NCBI GenBank assembly: GCA_964016885.1 | Contig: OZ024749.1 | Location: 52,018,001-52,082,000 of the forward strand | Direction: 5' to 3' | Source: Eledone cirrhosa | Lineage: Eukaryota | Length of the DNA stretch: 64,000 nucleotides | Part shown: piece after piece, positions 35,969-51,421 of the stretch | How the letters are laid out: each line of letters opens with the position of its first letter | Numbering within the stretch: the first letter of the stretch is position 1 | Translations under genes and position numbers: made by a program | Notes under the pieces: generated by a model | Seen by the model: only the letters and a program-made list of their open reading frames with translations | What the model was told of the DNA's origin: nothing | Database searches by the model: none

Positions 35969-38900
35969 CTGAAATAAAGAAAAAAGCAAATATTTATGAA
36001 ATGAAAATGTAAATTTGTAAACCTATCCAACGTATTCCAACATAGAAACATTCATGTTAATGATTGGTTTATATTCAAGTATATATGGTACCTAGCTAAT
36101 CATAGTATAGTATGACTGTTATAGTATAGTGTTGATAGTATGGCTGTTAAAAGAGAAAACCATCACACTACCTGCTGAAGATGATCCATCCGCTCTCAAA
36201 GCTGTTTTATAAATAGGACAACAGTAAGTCTTATCACTTTGCTGGACATCAATTGCTGGTAGAAGATGTAATAATGGTAACATTGAATGGATCTCTCCAG
36301 AATGTGAATCTATGACATGTAATTCAGTCTCATCCCATCGAAAACCTTCCATAAACAACCCATGTATAATCACACCATCTGGGTTTTCAATCTGTAGGGG
36401 TAAGAAAATATGGTATGAAAAACAAAAGAAGGGGACAAACATAAAAAGGAGAAAAAAAATCATATAATTGTAAAAGACTTAGGAAATAAACTGTAACATT
36501 TAAAAAAAAAAATTGTTGAAGAGTCGTTAATTAACCCAGTCGTATCCAGCCAGAATTCTCTCACCTCTTGCTGTTCAAACCGGCCGTAACAAGCTGCTCA
36601 TATTTACGTTAAGGTATTGTTCTCAAAATAAATAATATCAAAATCTCGTAGATTTGATATTATGTGAGATAAAGTGTTTACTATGAAAATACTATAGTAC
36701 ATATAGAGTAATGTAAATGGTAACGGGTTAATGAAGCAAAGATCTCAAAGATAAAATAACCAAACTACTTACATTTTCATCTGGTTCAGTGTCTTCAACA
36801 GGAGTTTCATTTTTAAATGGAACTTTATTTTCCTTTATATTTTGAATATCTGATAAAACTTTGAAATTGAATGACAGGAAATCAATAGGTAATTGATATT
36901 TTCGAGCGTGATTCTGCAGTATAGCTGTTAAAAACCCTGTAAAGAAATATTGCAAAATTCTAGTTAAAGGTATTGGAAATAGATTAAATTTCTTTTTAAT
37001 CCTTTTATTACTCAGAAATTTAATGATTTTTCAATAACTTTTATTGAAATAAATGGCTTGCCTCAAAATTTATTAGAGGGAAACTCCAGCACATATAAAA
37101 ACGTGAAACAATGTATATAAACAAAACGTGTGGAAAATTTAGGCAGTTTGTGTGTGGTAGACTGTGTTTACTAACTATAATTTGAGAAAATTTGAATGCT
37201 TTAAAATCTCAATTTTATTATAATCAAGAATCATTTCAACCTTGTTAGTGCTGGTGCCATGATAAAATGCACTTAGTAGAGTGGTGGAATGTATGTAAAT
37301 GAGATGCTGGTATCCAGGCTATGTGAGAGGTTAATAGCTCTAATTGAGTAGTTTGGTGGTAAGGGTGTTGGACTTATGATCCTAATGTTGTGGATTCGAT
37401 TCTTGGACTTTTTAAAGTGGTGACTCAGTCTGTGATGACCCATCTAACCCATGCTAAGGGTCATTAAATGATGAAGATGATTTAATAAACTAATAACCAA
37501 AACATACCTTGGGGGAAAAAGAACACTGAAATCCAGAAGGAGTACGGTAAGCCAAATTTAATCCAAGATTCCATGAAAGAGCAGCGTAAATTTAGGTCTA
37601 GAATCCAGCTAGAAAGTGGTTTTAGTGAAGGATATGCAACTCTTGCCCATATTTCTGGTAAATGGTTGTTCAAACATGAGATATATATTTCCTCCAGTTC
37701 ATCAGTCATTACAATCAATCCTTTAATTGCTCTTTGTAATTGATTAAGTGAATTCTGATTGGGAAGACAGAAAGAAAGAAAAGCTCTGATTATTTATTTT
37801 CATGTTTCTTGGACAACTCTGAAAAAAAATTTATTCTTTATTACAGGTTAAAATACTTTTGTTAACTCTTAACCCGTAAAACATCTTGGAGAAGACAAAT
37901 GCTGAAAATATTCAGAACATATCCTGAAGAACACACGAAGCAAATAAATTGTTCTACGGCTCACACCTCTGCCGTTCTGACATCAAAAGATGTGGGAGGT
38001 TTGCATTAGCTGGTGGACATGTGAAACGTGACAATGTACCTGCTGGCAGCGTTCTTTACTGGAAACCAGATGTATGCCAGATGAGTTAGTTTGGAGACTG
38101 ACCATCACACTGAAGGATGTTCTTGAAGATAGCGGAACTTTAGATGGCAATACTGGACAGGGTGAGCTGGAGGAGGACTTTCGTAACGAATGTATAGAAG
38201 AAGAGGAAATGTTCAGCAGAAAATATCTAAAATTGGGTTTGTTAATAAAAAAAACAAAACAGAACAAAGAGAAGCAACAAAAATAAAAAAACAAAATAAA
38301 ATAAAATAAATAAATAAATAAATAATTGTTTCTACTTTTGACACAAGGCCAGCAATTATCCCAGTGCATTACTGGTACTTTATTTTATTGACTCCATAAG
38401 GATGAAAGGCAAAGTGAACCTCGGTAGGATTTGAACTCAGATTATAAAGGGGCGTAACTCTATGCTGGTAAGCATGGCGTCCGACCTTCTACCAATACTG
38501 CCAAAGCCATATAAGGAGACTACCTACATCAACTTCACTTCTTTATTTAGATTTTTTACATTTCCAATAAAAGTTATCTCCTTACCTTGATTACAGACAA
38601 TAATTTGTTGAAGTGAGCCACTTCTTGGATAAGAAATATTGTTAACGGACTTCTTCTATTGTTTGTGTCAATCTGTAAAGGTAAGGAAAATTTATATAAT
38701 AAATATAACAATGGTGTCTGATTTAGGCCAACAATTATTGAGGAGGGGAAAGTTGAGTAAATCGACCCTATAACGAGGAAAAGCAAAGCTAACCTTGGCA
38801 GGATTTGAACTCAGTGAACAGTATATGAGTCATGATATACACACAGATACACACACATGCATGTGTGTGGAGGGGGAATATCAGGTGTAGTGTCGGCGAA

Positions 38901-39806
38901 TTTCAGGAAGCATGGAAGTTTTGAAGGATGCAGTTACCTTGAATAAATCTGAGTTTGCTGTACTGATATCCAAACTGTCAACTAATTTTCCCAGAATATT
39001 ACCAGCTACTTCCAAAACTATGTCATCATTTGATTGTCCATCACATCTACGTGGAACTTTTGGTTGGATGTCAAGAATTAGTTGCATTAATAATGCCGTT
39101 TCTTGTTTCTATAAATCAAATCAATATATTATATAAATTATATATATATATATATATACACACAAACATACATACATGTATATAGAGACAAAGACAGAAA
39201 AATGAACATATAGACAGCCCCATCTCATCAATTGATTGCTAGAAATACATTGTTTCAGTGGTTTATCTATATATATATATATATGTATGTGTGTGTATAT
39301 GTGTCTCTGTGTATATATGCATGTATATATGTATATATATATGTCTATGTGTGTATATGTGAGCGTGTGTGTGTACGTGTGTCTTATTTATTATTCTCTT
39401 GAGAGCAGGGAAGAGCAGAAGTAAAATGATGATGATGATGATGATATATATATATACAGAGAGGAGAGATGTGGTTTTGTTCATGCTGGTCCTACAGTGT
39501 TGTGGTAGAGGCTAAGATTAGAGAGAGAGATGGAGCAGTAGAAAAAAACACTAATATATACATATAGTTCAGTCTGACAGAGATGTCTACGAAATAAATA
39601 AGTTAAAAAGTAATAGAGGTTACTTTACCTGGAATGTAATATTTGCATTTTCATGCATCCCAAATATTTCAGGGTCGTCTGTTTGAGGTAATTCTTCAAT
39701 GTAACGTTGAAAGACATCCAATGTTTTAGAAACAGGACTGTAATATATACCTAGGAATCAGAAATATATTTCTTATTTAATTGCCAGACTTTTTCGCCAG
39801 GCTATG

Positions 39807-39873
<67 letters not shown>

Positions 39874-41608
39874 TGATTAAAATTTTATTCTATTTTGAAA
39901 TTACACCTTTAGATTATTCATCTATATGAAACATTATGTAAAAATAAACAATGTTGATAAGTGTGGTTTGATTGTCATTCACAATGTTCTGTTTGTATAT
40001 ATATACACATACCTGATGGGGAATATTTGTGGTCATCGTCCAATATTTTAGGATCAAAGAAATTATTTAATATTGTTCTAAGACATCTCTGGTCCCAGCT
40101 ATCAGTTACACGACCTCCGTAGGTAATCTACAAAAAAATCAGAAAAATTATGCAAATGAAATATGTATGATAATGATAATGAAATTATTGTGTAAAGTGC
40201 TCAGGTGCACTACAACTCGTCAAAGGTGTATGTATAGTACATAGAATAATACACAAATGTCAGGGAAGTGAATAGTGTATGAGTCATGATATACATGTGT
40301 GTATGTGTATGGAGGGGGAACATTAGCTGTAGTGTTGGCGGATCTCGGGAAGCATGGAGGCCTTAAAGGATGCAGTGTCTTGACAGCTAACAACTGATGC
40401 AGGTAGTTTGTTCTATGCATCAGCAACTCTGAGCGTGAAAAAATGGATGGCATCTCACGGCCTCACATTCTCTCGGTATCATCTATGTATGTATCATCAC
40501 CATTTAACGTCTATCTTACCATGTTTGACTGGGTTAGATGGGTTGTCATTTTATGAGATGATTCAGGTCAGGTGACCCACGTCTTGCTCAAACAGAGTGT
40601 TAGATGCAATAAATATATTTATATGAAATTTGAGAGAGAGAGAAAAAACAAAAAGCTCCATCAGTCAGCCAACTTACATCACCAATAATATATATAAGTG
40701 CATCCCATGGAATACTGTTAATACAAAATAACTTCAGATTGTTCAGAGCACATTCTCGGTCACTGTCGGAGAATTCGTACTTGAAAAGAAAAAAATATGA
40801 AACTTATGTTAACGATTTTGGGAAAGAAAAAAAATATTTGTTAGCAGACAGAGAAAATGGACCTTAAATGTTGATTATGATGACAGTTGTGGTGATGATG
40901 GTAATGATGTGAAAAGACTGAACTCTATACCACAAAGCATGTTAACCGATGCTCTACTGATTCTGCCAATTCACCAACCTTGAATGGATAATAATAATTA
41001 TGATTAAAAAAGTGTTTTCAAAATTACCTTTATGTTCCATCCCAAAGGACCAAACTTTTTCCTCTCCTGAATAACAGCGTGGAAGAAACAAAGTCCAAAG
41101 ACCATTTTTTGCCACTTTCCAGAAATAACTAAGAGAGAGAAAAAGAAGAAAAAAAAAGTATTTTTAAATTTTGAGAAAATTAATTTCATGAAACAGTACC
41201 ATAATAAAATGCACGCAGCCCACCCTGTAAAATGGTAATGCTGGTGCCATGGTACGCCACTCCTCCCAAAAAAAACATACATTCAAAAGGAAAAACAAGG
41301 TAAAAAAATTACAATAATAAACATTAAATATCTTACTGTGATCTTCAAAAAAGGCTGAACTGACTTCCCCTAAAGCCCTCCGAATGTTTGCCTTGATTCC
41401 TTTGGGAGGTTCATTTGTAACTTTGATGCTGTTCTGTAAGACACTAACTGGGAAATGTTTTGAAGGTTTTGAACTGAGGAAAAGTCTGAAATCCTCATTT
41501 ATTTTCTCTTGATCATCTGTCAGTGTCTTCAGGAGTTTTTCCATTGAAGGCATCCAAGAAGCAGCTAAGTGACAATTCTATAAAAGAACATTTATTGAGA
41601 GTAAAATT

Positions 41609-41651
<43 letters not shown>

Positions 41652-42239
41652 AACGAAAGTCACCCAATGCTCCAAAAGGAACTAAAGAACTAAAAATGAA
41701 ATATGCAGAAATTAACCTACCTGAAGGAAAACCCAGTCCCCTGTTTTAATGGCTTCCTGAATTAATGCCTCAGCAAGTGGACCTTGTGCTTGACCAAGAG
41801 ATATGGCAGAAATTCTGTTGAAAAAAAAAAAACAGACACAGGAAATAAAAGTTAACAGATTTTACACAACTTTATATGATATTGAATATTTTAGTTTTGG
41901 AAGCAAAATATTTTTATTTATATATAATAAATTGCTTTCACATTGTGGGGCCATGTTTAGACCTGGAGGGGAGATGTGTTCTGTCAGTTTTTTTTTAAAA
42001 ATGGCGATGATATATATAAATTATTATACCTGTCTGAATAATTTTTCTCCTTGGCAAATCTCATGAAGGAGCTCATAGGATCTGATCCAGTACTAAGTAC
42101 AAAGATAAGTGGTATTTCTTTCTTCATGTCATTGTAGATAGTTTGTAGATCAACTGAACGGCTCTCGACATATTCTTTACCCAAATTCTCACAAACAAAC
42201 TCTATCACAGATAGCACAGTCTGAAAGATAGAGATAACG

Positions 42240-42328
<89 letters not shown>

Positions 42329-45300
42329 AACCTAGAAGGACGAAAGGTAAAGTTGACCAGAAGCACAGTACTATATAGCTTTCTAAGTGTCAAAATATTG
42401 ATTCTTAATTTAGGCACAAGGCCAGCAAATTTGAGAGGGTGGGGGGAGAGAGAAAAGTTGATTAAATCAACCTCAGTATTTGACTGGTACTTTTTTTTTT
42501 TATCAAACCTAGAAGGATAAAAGGCAAAGTTGAACTTGGCAGGATTTGAACTCTGAATGTGAAGAGCCAGAACAAATACCACAACATTTCTCCTTCCATC
42601 CTTAAGGGTTCGATAAAATAAAGTACCAGAGTTTAGAATGATAGAATGATGTATTGATATATAGAAAGTTTGGACCCAGAAATCTCATGATTACCTTTTC
42701 TTCACAGAAAACTTTAATAAACAATAGTTTCTGAAAACTTGACAATTCTTCATGCCACAATTTAGAAGGTGAAGAAGACTTGTTATCTAGATTTAAATCT
42801 GTCTGGTCTTTTAATTCTGGATTGGCATATATCTAAATTGAATGAAAATAAAATAAAATGAAATGTAAAAGGGGGGAAAAACAAAACAAAAAAAGAAACA
42901 AACAAAAATACAGTGAAATAATACACAAACATTGAATATGGAAAAGTTAAAATACAATAAAGAAAGAACACGAGAACACAAATTAATATTACAAAAAAGA
43001 ATATTCTGAATAATTTGATATATCCTGGGTAAATAATTAATACTAGTAGATGTTAACCAATGAGAGGGTTGATAACATTTGGTCATTCCAAGAGAGTAAC
43101 TTGGTCACCCTATGAACTTTTCAACCGACCCTCGTATATATATAAATATATATATATATCAACTCTTCTTATAAATAACTGCATTGTTTCTTTCTAGGGA
43201 CTATGTTGAAAAATAAACCCTTCATTTGGTCATTCCATGAGAGTATCTTGGTCAGCCTATGATCTTTTCAACCGACCCTCATATATCAAATATTTCACTT
43301 ACTTGTGTATCTCCAAGCTTCACCCATACTGGATAATGAATAATATCTTCTACAAGAGTGGAGAATATTTGTAAATTGTTACTTAATTCCACAGCAGAAT
43401 TCCATGTATTCTGACTCAACAAACACTCAGGGAGTTCATTTTGAAGGTTCTAGAAACAGAAATGGTAAATGATAATGAGATGTAAAAGAGAAACAGGATT
43501 TTACTAGTAGATCATCATCATCATTGTTATGTTGACCTCCCCGCTCCATGTTGGCATGGGCTAGACATGACTTTTTGAGGTAATGTTTTATAGCCAGATG
43601 CCCTTCCTGACTCCAACCCTTTTAGTTGTTTCTTCCAACATGCAGGAACACAGTGTACTTATTCTAAACCATATATACACATGGTTATTTTCATCTTCAT
43701 CTCTTTAACCTTTTAGCCTTTAAACCAGCTGTATCCTGCCAGAATTCTCTCACCTCTTTCCGTTCAAACAGCCGTAACTGGCCACTCATACTGATGTTAA
43801 GGTATTGTTTTCAAAATATATAATATTAAAATCTCATAGATTCGATATCATGTGAGATATTATGTGAGTTAAAGCCTTTACCATGAAAATATAATTGTAT
43901 ATATAGAGTAATGTAAATGGTAAAGGGTTAAACATGTTGGCTTCATGACATGCAACTGTGCACCGTCAGAGAAAAGTAGTTCCACTGGCACAGCTACTGC
44001 ACACTGAAAGATGCACAAACAGCAATTGCCAAACTATGGTATGCACCTTATCATTCTATCTAACACAGTACAGACTCAGAACCCTTATAGGGATAGATTA
44101 AGTAAAAAACAAACCTTAAATACTGTCAAAAATATAAGTACTCACTTCATTCATGACGGTAGCACCACGTAAAAAAAAGTTCCATTCTTCATCTGTAATT
44201 TTGTTTTCATATTTCATTATTTCAATACATAAAATGAAAGAAAATACAAGCTTGTGGTTTTCAAATAGAGCTCTGAAAAAAAACAAGAAAAATGTTGAAC
44301 AAATTTAAAATTCCAAAGCTACAAATGTACATTAGTAGTAGTAGTAGTATCATCACCGCAACTACTGATGTAGTCTCTGATCATGTTTCATCCTTCCAAA
44401 ACAACCACCATACTAGGTGCTTTTTATCATGGTACTGAAACGACCACCTTACAGGGTTGACTGTAACTACTATTAAGATAACCATCGTGGATTGTAACTA
44501 TATTTGACAGAACTGTCATCTGTCATTAAGAATATGAAAACAAATTATTACAAAAAATCCCCAAACAGTACCAATATAATATAAAACAATAAACAAACAA
44601 ACATTACCTGGAGACATTTTTATAAACAAATTTTGTAGTTTCACAAATAAGTATCTGTATTCTTTTCTGTAAGTCTTCTGCTTTCTTGGTATTTTTTATG
44701 GTAAAATTGAATAACTAATGAAAAATATACAAATATATGTAAATTAGGTTTAGATGAGATATATATTTAGCAATGTTATCATCATCATCATCATAATGTA
44801 TAATTTATAAGGACTTGAATGTCTCAAGGACTTCATAAAAGACTTTGTCAAATGGAGAACAAATCCAGGAATTACAGGAAACTGAAAAGCCCTAAGAAGG
44901 ATTTTTTTGTTGAAGTGAATAATAGGGTGAAGGAGGAGGAGAAGAAGACAAAGAACAAGAAAAAGGAAAGCAAAGAAGAAGAAGAAAAAGAATAAAAAGA
45001 AGAAGAAAAAGAAAAAGAAGAAAAAGAAGAAAAAGAAGAAAAAGAAGAAAAAGAAGAAAAGGAAAAAAAAGAACAAGAAGAAGGAGGAGGAGGAGAAGAA
45101 GAAAGACAGGGTGTCGTTAGTGGTAGTGACAACAACATTAACAAGTCAGAAGAAAAGTCAACTTCCAAAGTTAGAATCCATTAGAAGAAGAAGAAGAAGA
45201 AGAAGAAGAATGAGGAGGAGGAGGAGGTACCTACTTGTTTGAAGTATTTTAATGAGAACTGATACATGGGATCAATCTCAGCCATGTCTGCTACAACAAA

Positions 45301-48300
45301 ATATATAATTGATCCTCTTGTAGCTACTGGTCGATATTTCTCTCGAGCTGTGGAGATATTCTCTTCTGTTAGTTCAGCTTCTTCTAAACGTTCTTTGATA
45401 ACTTTTGATGTGATCTGGAGGAAGATATAAGATACGAGGCTCTGATGAAATGATCATAGGTTGACTATGAAGGAGTGATGCTAGAGCTGTGAAATCTTGC
45501 ATGCATTAATTCCAACTCTTCTTATTAATAACTGCATTGTTTCTTTCCAGGGAATATGTTGAAAAATAAACCTCATTTGGTCATTCCTCGAGAGTATCTT
45601 GGTCAGCCTATGAACTTTTCAGCTGACACTCAGATAATAAAAAATAAAGTACCAGTAATGCACTGGGGTTGATTTAATTGACTTTCCTTTCCCAAAAAAT
45701 GGTTGGCCTTGTGCCTAAATCAGAAACCATTAAACAATAAATAGTTCAGATTTATATTGTAAGGAACATATTTTCAGTTAAGAGTTAATTAAACCCCACC
45801 TAAGGTAATTCTAGAAAGTTATTAATTTAAAATAATTAACCCCACCTTAGATGAATTCAAAGTGTTAATCAATTCTTCATTGTCCAAAATATTTCCTTCA
45901 GATTCAAACAATAACTTCAGAATACGATTTTCACTTGCTTTCAGTTGATTTTTATCGGTATTGATTCTCACAATCAACTGGTTTCTTTGGTTCTCCAAAT
46001 CTGGTCTTTCAAGACGTACAACATCACTAAAAAAATTAAACCATTTCAAAGTTTTTAACATTTTAAATACTAAGTTCTGTAGTCAACCATCATCTAATTT
46101 AATTACTTTTTATATAATTTTCTGCACAGGGTTTCAAGGTATAATATAAAATTCATAAGGGGTAACATATAAAATATATCTCACAAGGTATTAGACAAAA
46201 GAGGAGGGAAACAAAATGGAAATTTACCTCAAAATTTGATTTTCAAGTCCTGATTTAGTGACAGTGAAATTAATAATTGTCACTTTAGTACAGACTTCAG
46301 GGAGATAATGAGGATTTGGAATTTTTGTGGTTAAATATAAACGGAAATCTTTATCAAATTGGATATCACTGTCACCAATTCTAATCATAATGTGACCACT
46401 CTGAAAAATCAAAGAGAAACCACTTTTACTTCTCAAGGTACAAACAAGAAATGTGGGCAAATTTGTTAAAAAAAACAAACTGATAAGAATTTATTTTCCA
46501 CATTATATGTAAAGTCAATTAATCTTGATAGAAATACATTATATATGGTGATAGGAAGGGCATGCAGCCATAGAAAGCTTGCCAAACAAAGGCCTGGGAG
46601 GACCCCAGAGTCATAATAAGGATATGACAACTTTACTAGTGTTGGTGATTTACATGATAAATGCCTGAATGGGAGATCAGTAGCCTCACTTCAGTACTGA
46701 CTTGGTCTATATAAACCCATCAAACCCTTGCTAGCAGAGAAAGTAGACATTATAATGATGTTCAATGTTTGCATGGGTTGGACGGATCCTTTTCAGCATA
46801 GCATCTTTCCACTTGTTGAGTTCCTTTGTCACCTTCTCTGTGAGCTTTAGCAATTTAAGATCAGCTCTCACCAGCTCTGCCCAGGTCTTCTTTGGTCTTC
46901 CTCAACTGCAGCTTCCTTCCACTGCGATTTCTTGACACTTCTTCAACCAAGCGATCATCATTCATGCACATTACATGTCAATACCAGCGCAGTCTTCTCT
47001 CTCTTACACACTACATCTGATTATTTAGTTCCTTAATATTTCATAAACTAGAAAACATTTATTTTTGATCAGTAAAATCAAAGTGAACAATACTACTTAC
47101 AAAGACTGAGAAAATAAGGACAACATTTTTAATAAAATGATTACTGTATATACTTGAATATAAGCCGAGGACTATGTGATAAAAAAAAAAAAAAAATCCC
47201 TGATAAAATGGGAAGAGGTTGGCTTGTATTAAAACTTCCTGAGAATTTCTAAACAAAGTGTTGATAAGCAACCTCTGCTTATAAACGGAGTTTGGATTTA
47301 TGCCCAATTCTCAGACATAAAACAGCAGGAGGAGGGGTTGCCTTATATTCAGATTGGCTTATATTTGAGTATATATGGTACATATTTCATATACCTGTTG
47401 GAATGTTTGTTGCTGTAAAATAGTTTCCAAAGTTGGATCTAAAGTTTGTCCAACATCTTCAACTAACAATGGCATTCCCAACTGAACACAATTTTTCAGT
47501 GTTTGTAGCAAATGTGAGTCACTCATTTTCATTATTTTCAGTCCATTTTTCACCTCTTTACTTTGAATCCATGTACTTGCCTGAGAATAGAAAATAATAT
47601 AATAATATCTAAATATAAAGATCTAGAGATAGAAATAACTTAAATGTGGATGATGAAGACAGAAACAAGACCTCTAATAACTCATAGACAGATACATAAC
47701 CAGAACCCCAGGACTTACAAATATATTATCTTTTATAGATAATGTAGAAGGCAATTACATGGATTTAGATCTGTTCCCACTTGGAGAGAGAGGGGGGTGG
47801 CCTCTGTCAGTCGGTCTCACCACAAAGGTCTTTGGAAATTTCTTTAATGTATGCTTACTTATTTCTTTTACCGGTTTTAGTTATTAGAGACTGCAGCCAT
47901 GTTGGGACTCCATCTTAAAGGGATTTAGTCAAACATATAGACCCCAATACTTATTTTTCAAGTCTGGTACTTATGGTATCAATCTCTTGTTATGGAAGTG
48001 ACTCACAAACAATTCTGACAATTCACCAATCTTGACATTTATTATAAAATAAATAGTTCAAATATAATAGTTGTAGTGCACCTGAGCACTGTACACAATA
48101 ATTTCATTATTATTATTATATTGTAAGAAAATATTTAATATACCTGTTCCTGTGGATCAATCATTAAAGGCCAACGGTGACCCTTTGTGGCTAAAATAGC
48201 ATTTTCAATCGATATTTGATCTCTTGGTAAGCCATCTGTATGCCACTGCTGTATTTCAAATGGATCTGCCATAACCTTTTTAAGGGTTAAATCATCCGAT

Positions 48301-49674
48301 ATTGGTATTTCCAACTCTTTGCAATGCAGTGACCAATGATCAACAAGTTCTCTTCTATAATTATGGGTAAAGGCCCCATAATAAGCCACACAGGCAGCTG
48401 ATATAAGTACATCTCCAGTAACATTAAACAGTTGGTTGTTAAATTCCTGAAAAAAATGAAATATTTGTTAAATATTTTGGTTTCTATGGGAATATTTTAC
48501 TTTTAAATATGCAAAAATAACTTCTATTGTTCATCAAATCTTCTAATTTTATGGTGAAAATGTTAAAACATTGTCTCAAAACATTCTGTCCAACTCATAG
48601 AAAAAATGGATTTAAAAACTATAAAGATGATATATATATATATATATCCCTGATTCAACAACTTCTCACATTTTTACCTGGATATTTTCCTGCCATCTTT
48701 CTTGTTCATCAGCAAGAGCTGTTGTTAGTTTTGATGCTCGTTTTAAGCGGGCAGCTGTTTGAGTCATCTTTCTTTCAAGATTTTGTTTCTCCATCAGACT
48801 TTGGTCATAAATTTCCTGCAACTCTCTGATCTGTTCTTCAACTTCTGCAAGTCTTTGTTGTTTTTTATTCAATGTTTCTGTGACTGTATCAAGTTCTGAT
48901 TGGGCTGCATGTAGTCTGGCAATAGAAATTAGAACATAAATATAATTTAGCAGTCTTAAATTTTGAGTTATCATCATCATCATCATCACTGCCACTGTTT
49001 AATGTCCATTTTCCATGCTTGCATGGGTTAGATGGGTATACACATCACATTATGAGATTAGATTGGTCAAGTGCCCATATGCTCCATTTTAGGTTTGGTT
49101 TTCTACAGCTGGATGTGCTTCCTAATGCCAAGCACATTACTGTGTGTTCTGGAAGCATTTTTCATGGCACCCGTACAGGGCGGACTGGGTACTTCATTTT
49201 GTGGCACCAACACTACCACCTTACAGGGTGGGCTGAGTGCTTTTTGTTGTCACCAGCACAAACATTTCAATTATGTATTGCTTTTTATGGAATTTATTTT
49301 AAAAAAAATTAGAATAAAATCCATGAAAAAGATTGAAATTAGAAGAAAAATTTATACAAAATTGTTTACCTCTGGCGTTTCGGTTCAACTGTTTTATTTA
49401 TGCGAGCATAAAGATCCATGGCTCGTACCCACATACACATTGAACGACAAGCCTATAATTAATTTAAAAAAAGCTCAATATATATATCCCAAGTAATATT
49501 GGGGAGAAACCACAGTTAAATAAGGTACTCAATACATTAATGGAGTGTAAACATCTTTATTTGATATAGAAATGGCATCTATAGGACTAGAACTGTTTCA
49601 TTCATATGCAATCATCAGGAATGACATACCTGAAAAAGTTCTAGTCCTATATATGCCATTTTTATATTCAATAA

Positions 49675-49709
<35 letters not shown>

Positions 49710-51347
49710 GTAGGATCCCGCTGTAAATTGGGAAGCAACATACATGATGTTTTTAATCTTATATTTTTTATTTAAATATGAATATTTTACAAGATGTCTG
49801 CCACCATAGAATTAGGAACAATTTGGGGCAGGTTGGAATCAAAAGGGTTAATATGTAGCAGTAAATAAATATAATTTGTCAGTTTTTCTATTTACCTTTG
49901 ATGTTTTCTCTACAAATTCCGGTCGGAATTTTGGATTGTCAATATATTTTTTTAGCTTCTTTAAAATGCCATCGGTAATATGCTCTTTATCATATTCCAC
50001 CATTTTCTTTAAGAAATTCGGTTCACCAAGCATTGCTTTTGCTGTTGACCAATCTGTTCTGTAATAAAAAATATAGATCAACTGTTATCTAAAAGTAGAA
50101 AGATATATTTTATCTTGTTCTTCTTTACAAAATATTAATATTGTTTGTCCAACCTTTGCTAACAGGAAAAATGATGTTAAACAATGATGATGAGAGGTCT
50201 CACCCCACCCAGCCTGTCTGAGCACTCAGTAGAGTGTGGGGATGTATGTGAGATGTAGCCACACCCCACCCAGCCTGTCTCAGGACTCAGAAGAGTGTGG
50301 GGATGTATGTGATGTAGCCACACCTCACTCACCCACGGTTTATTGAAGAGGTCTGTGGTTCCACTTGAATACTGACTTAGTCTCTGATGACCCGTGGTGG
50401 TGGTGATGATGATGGTGGTTGTAGTGGTGATGGTGATGATGATAATGGTGGTGATTGTGGTGATGATGATGATAGTGGTGATGGTGGTGTTGATGATAAT
50501 GACCACGACAACAACAACAATGATAACCGTGACAGAAAGTAGTACATTGAAACAACAAAAATAAAATGTGGCTCTTTAACTAACCTTTGATTCATTAATA
50601 TACAAACTGCTTCTAATACAGTTTGGACTAATTCTGGTGGATTAGTGAATACACGGATTTCTGAAATATCTGATTTATCAAGGGAATCTAGAGCCTAGGA
50701 AATATAATGAATATATAGAAGGAAATGTAAATATTTAAAATACCTGTATTATAATTTTCAAAAGTATGGTTTATTATACAAATAAATATTTAAAATACAG
50801 TGGAACCTCAGTTCACAAACTTAATTCATTCCTGAAGGCCATCCATCGCCTGAAATGTTTATAAAATGAAACTATTTTTTTGCATATGAAATGTTGGGAA
50901 AGAAATACAGTGACAGAGAATGTGTGTGAAAGACAGATAGATATCACCATAGTAACTAACTACACAGCAAGTGAGGCTTTCCCATTGATACTCCAAGCTT
51001 GTTGCCAACCATTGTTGCTGGCTTGTGTGTTCGTTGCTCAAGAGAGTGTTCATGAACGGAGACATTTTATGTTTGAGAAAATTGTTTGTGAACTGATTTG
51101 TTCATAATGAGAGGTGTTTGTGAACCAAGGTTCCACTGTATTATAATTATTCATTTAATTAAGGCTAAGTATTGAGTACTCTTTTCTCTCAGCCATCAGC
51201 TACATATATATATATGTGTGTGTGTGTGCCGGGTTCAATTAGGGGATAACCACAGTAAGTAAGGTACTCAATATATAGCAGAGTATAAATATTTAATATA
51301 GAAATGGCTTCTACAGGACTAGAACTGTTTCATTCAAAGGAAATCAT

Positions 51348-51421
<74 letters not shown>

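Noticed and set aside
44750-45168. Poly-F/S ORFs
   Set aside because: GAA-rich simple repeat in a DNAH6 intron
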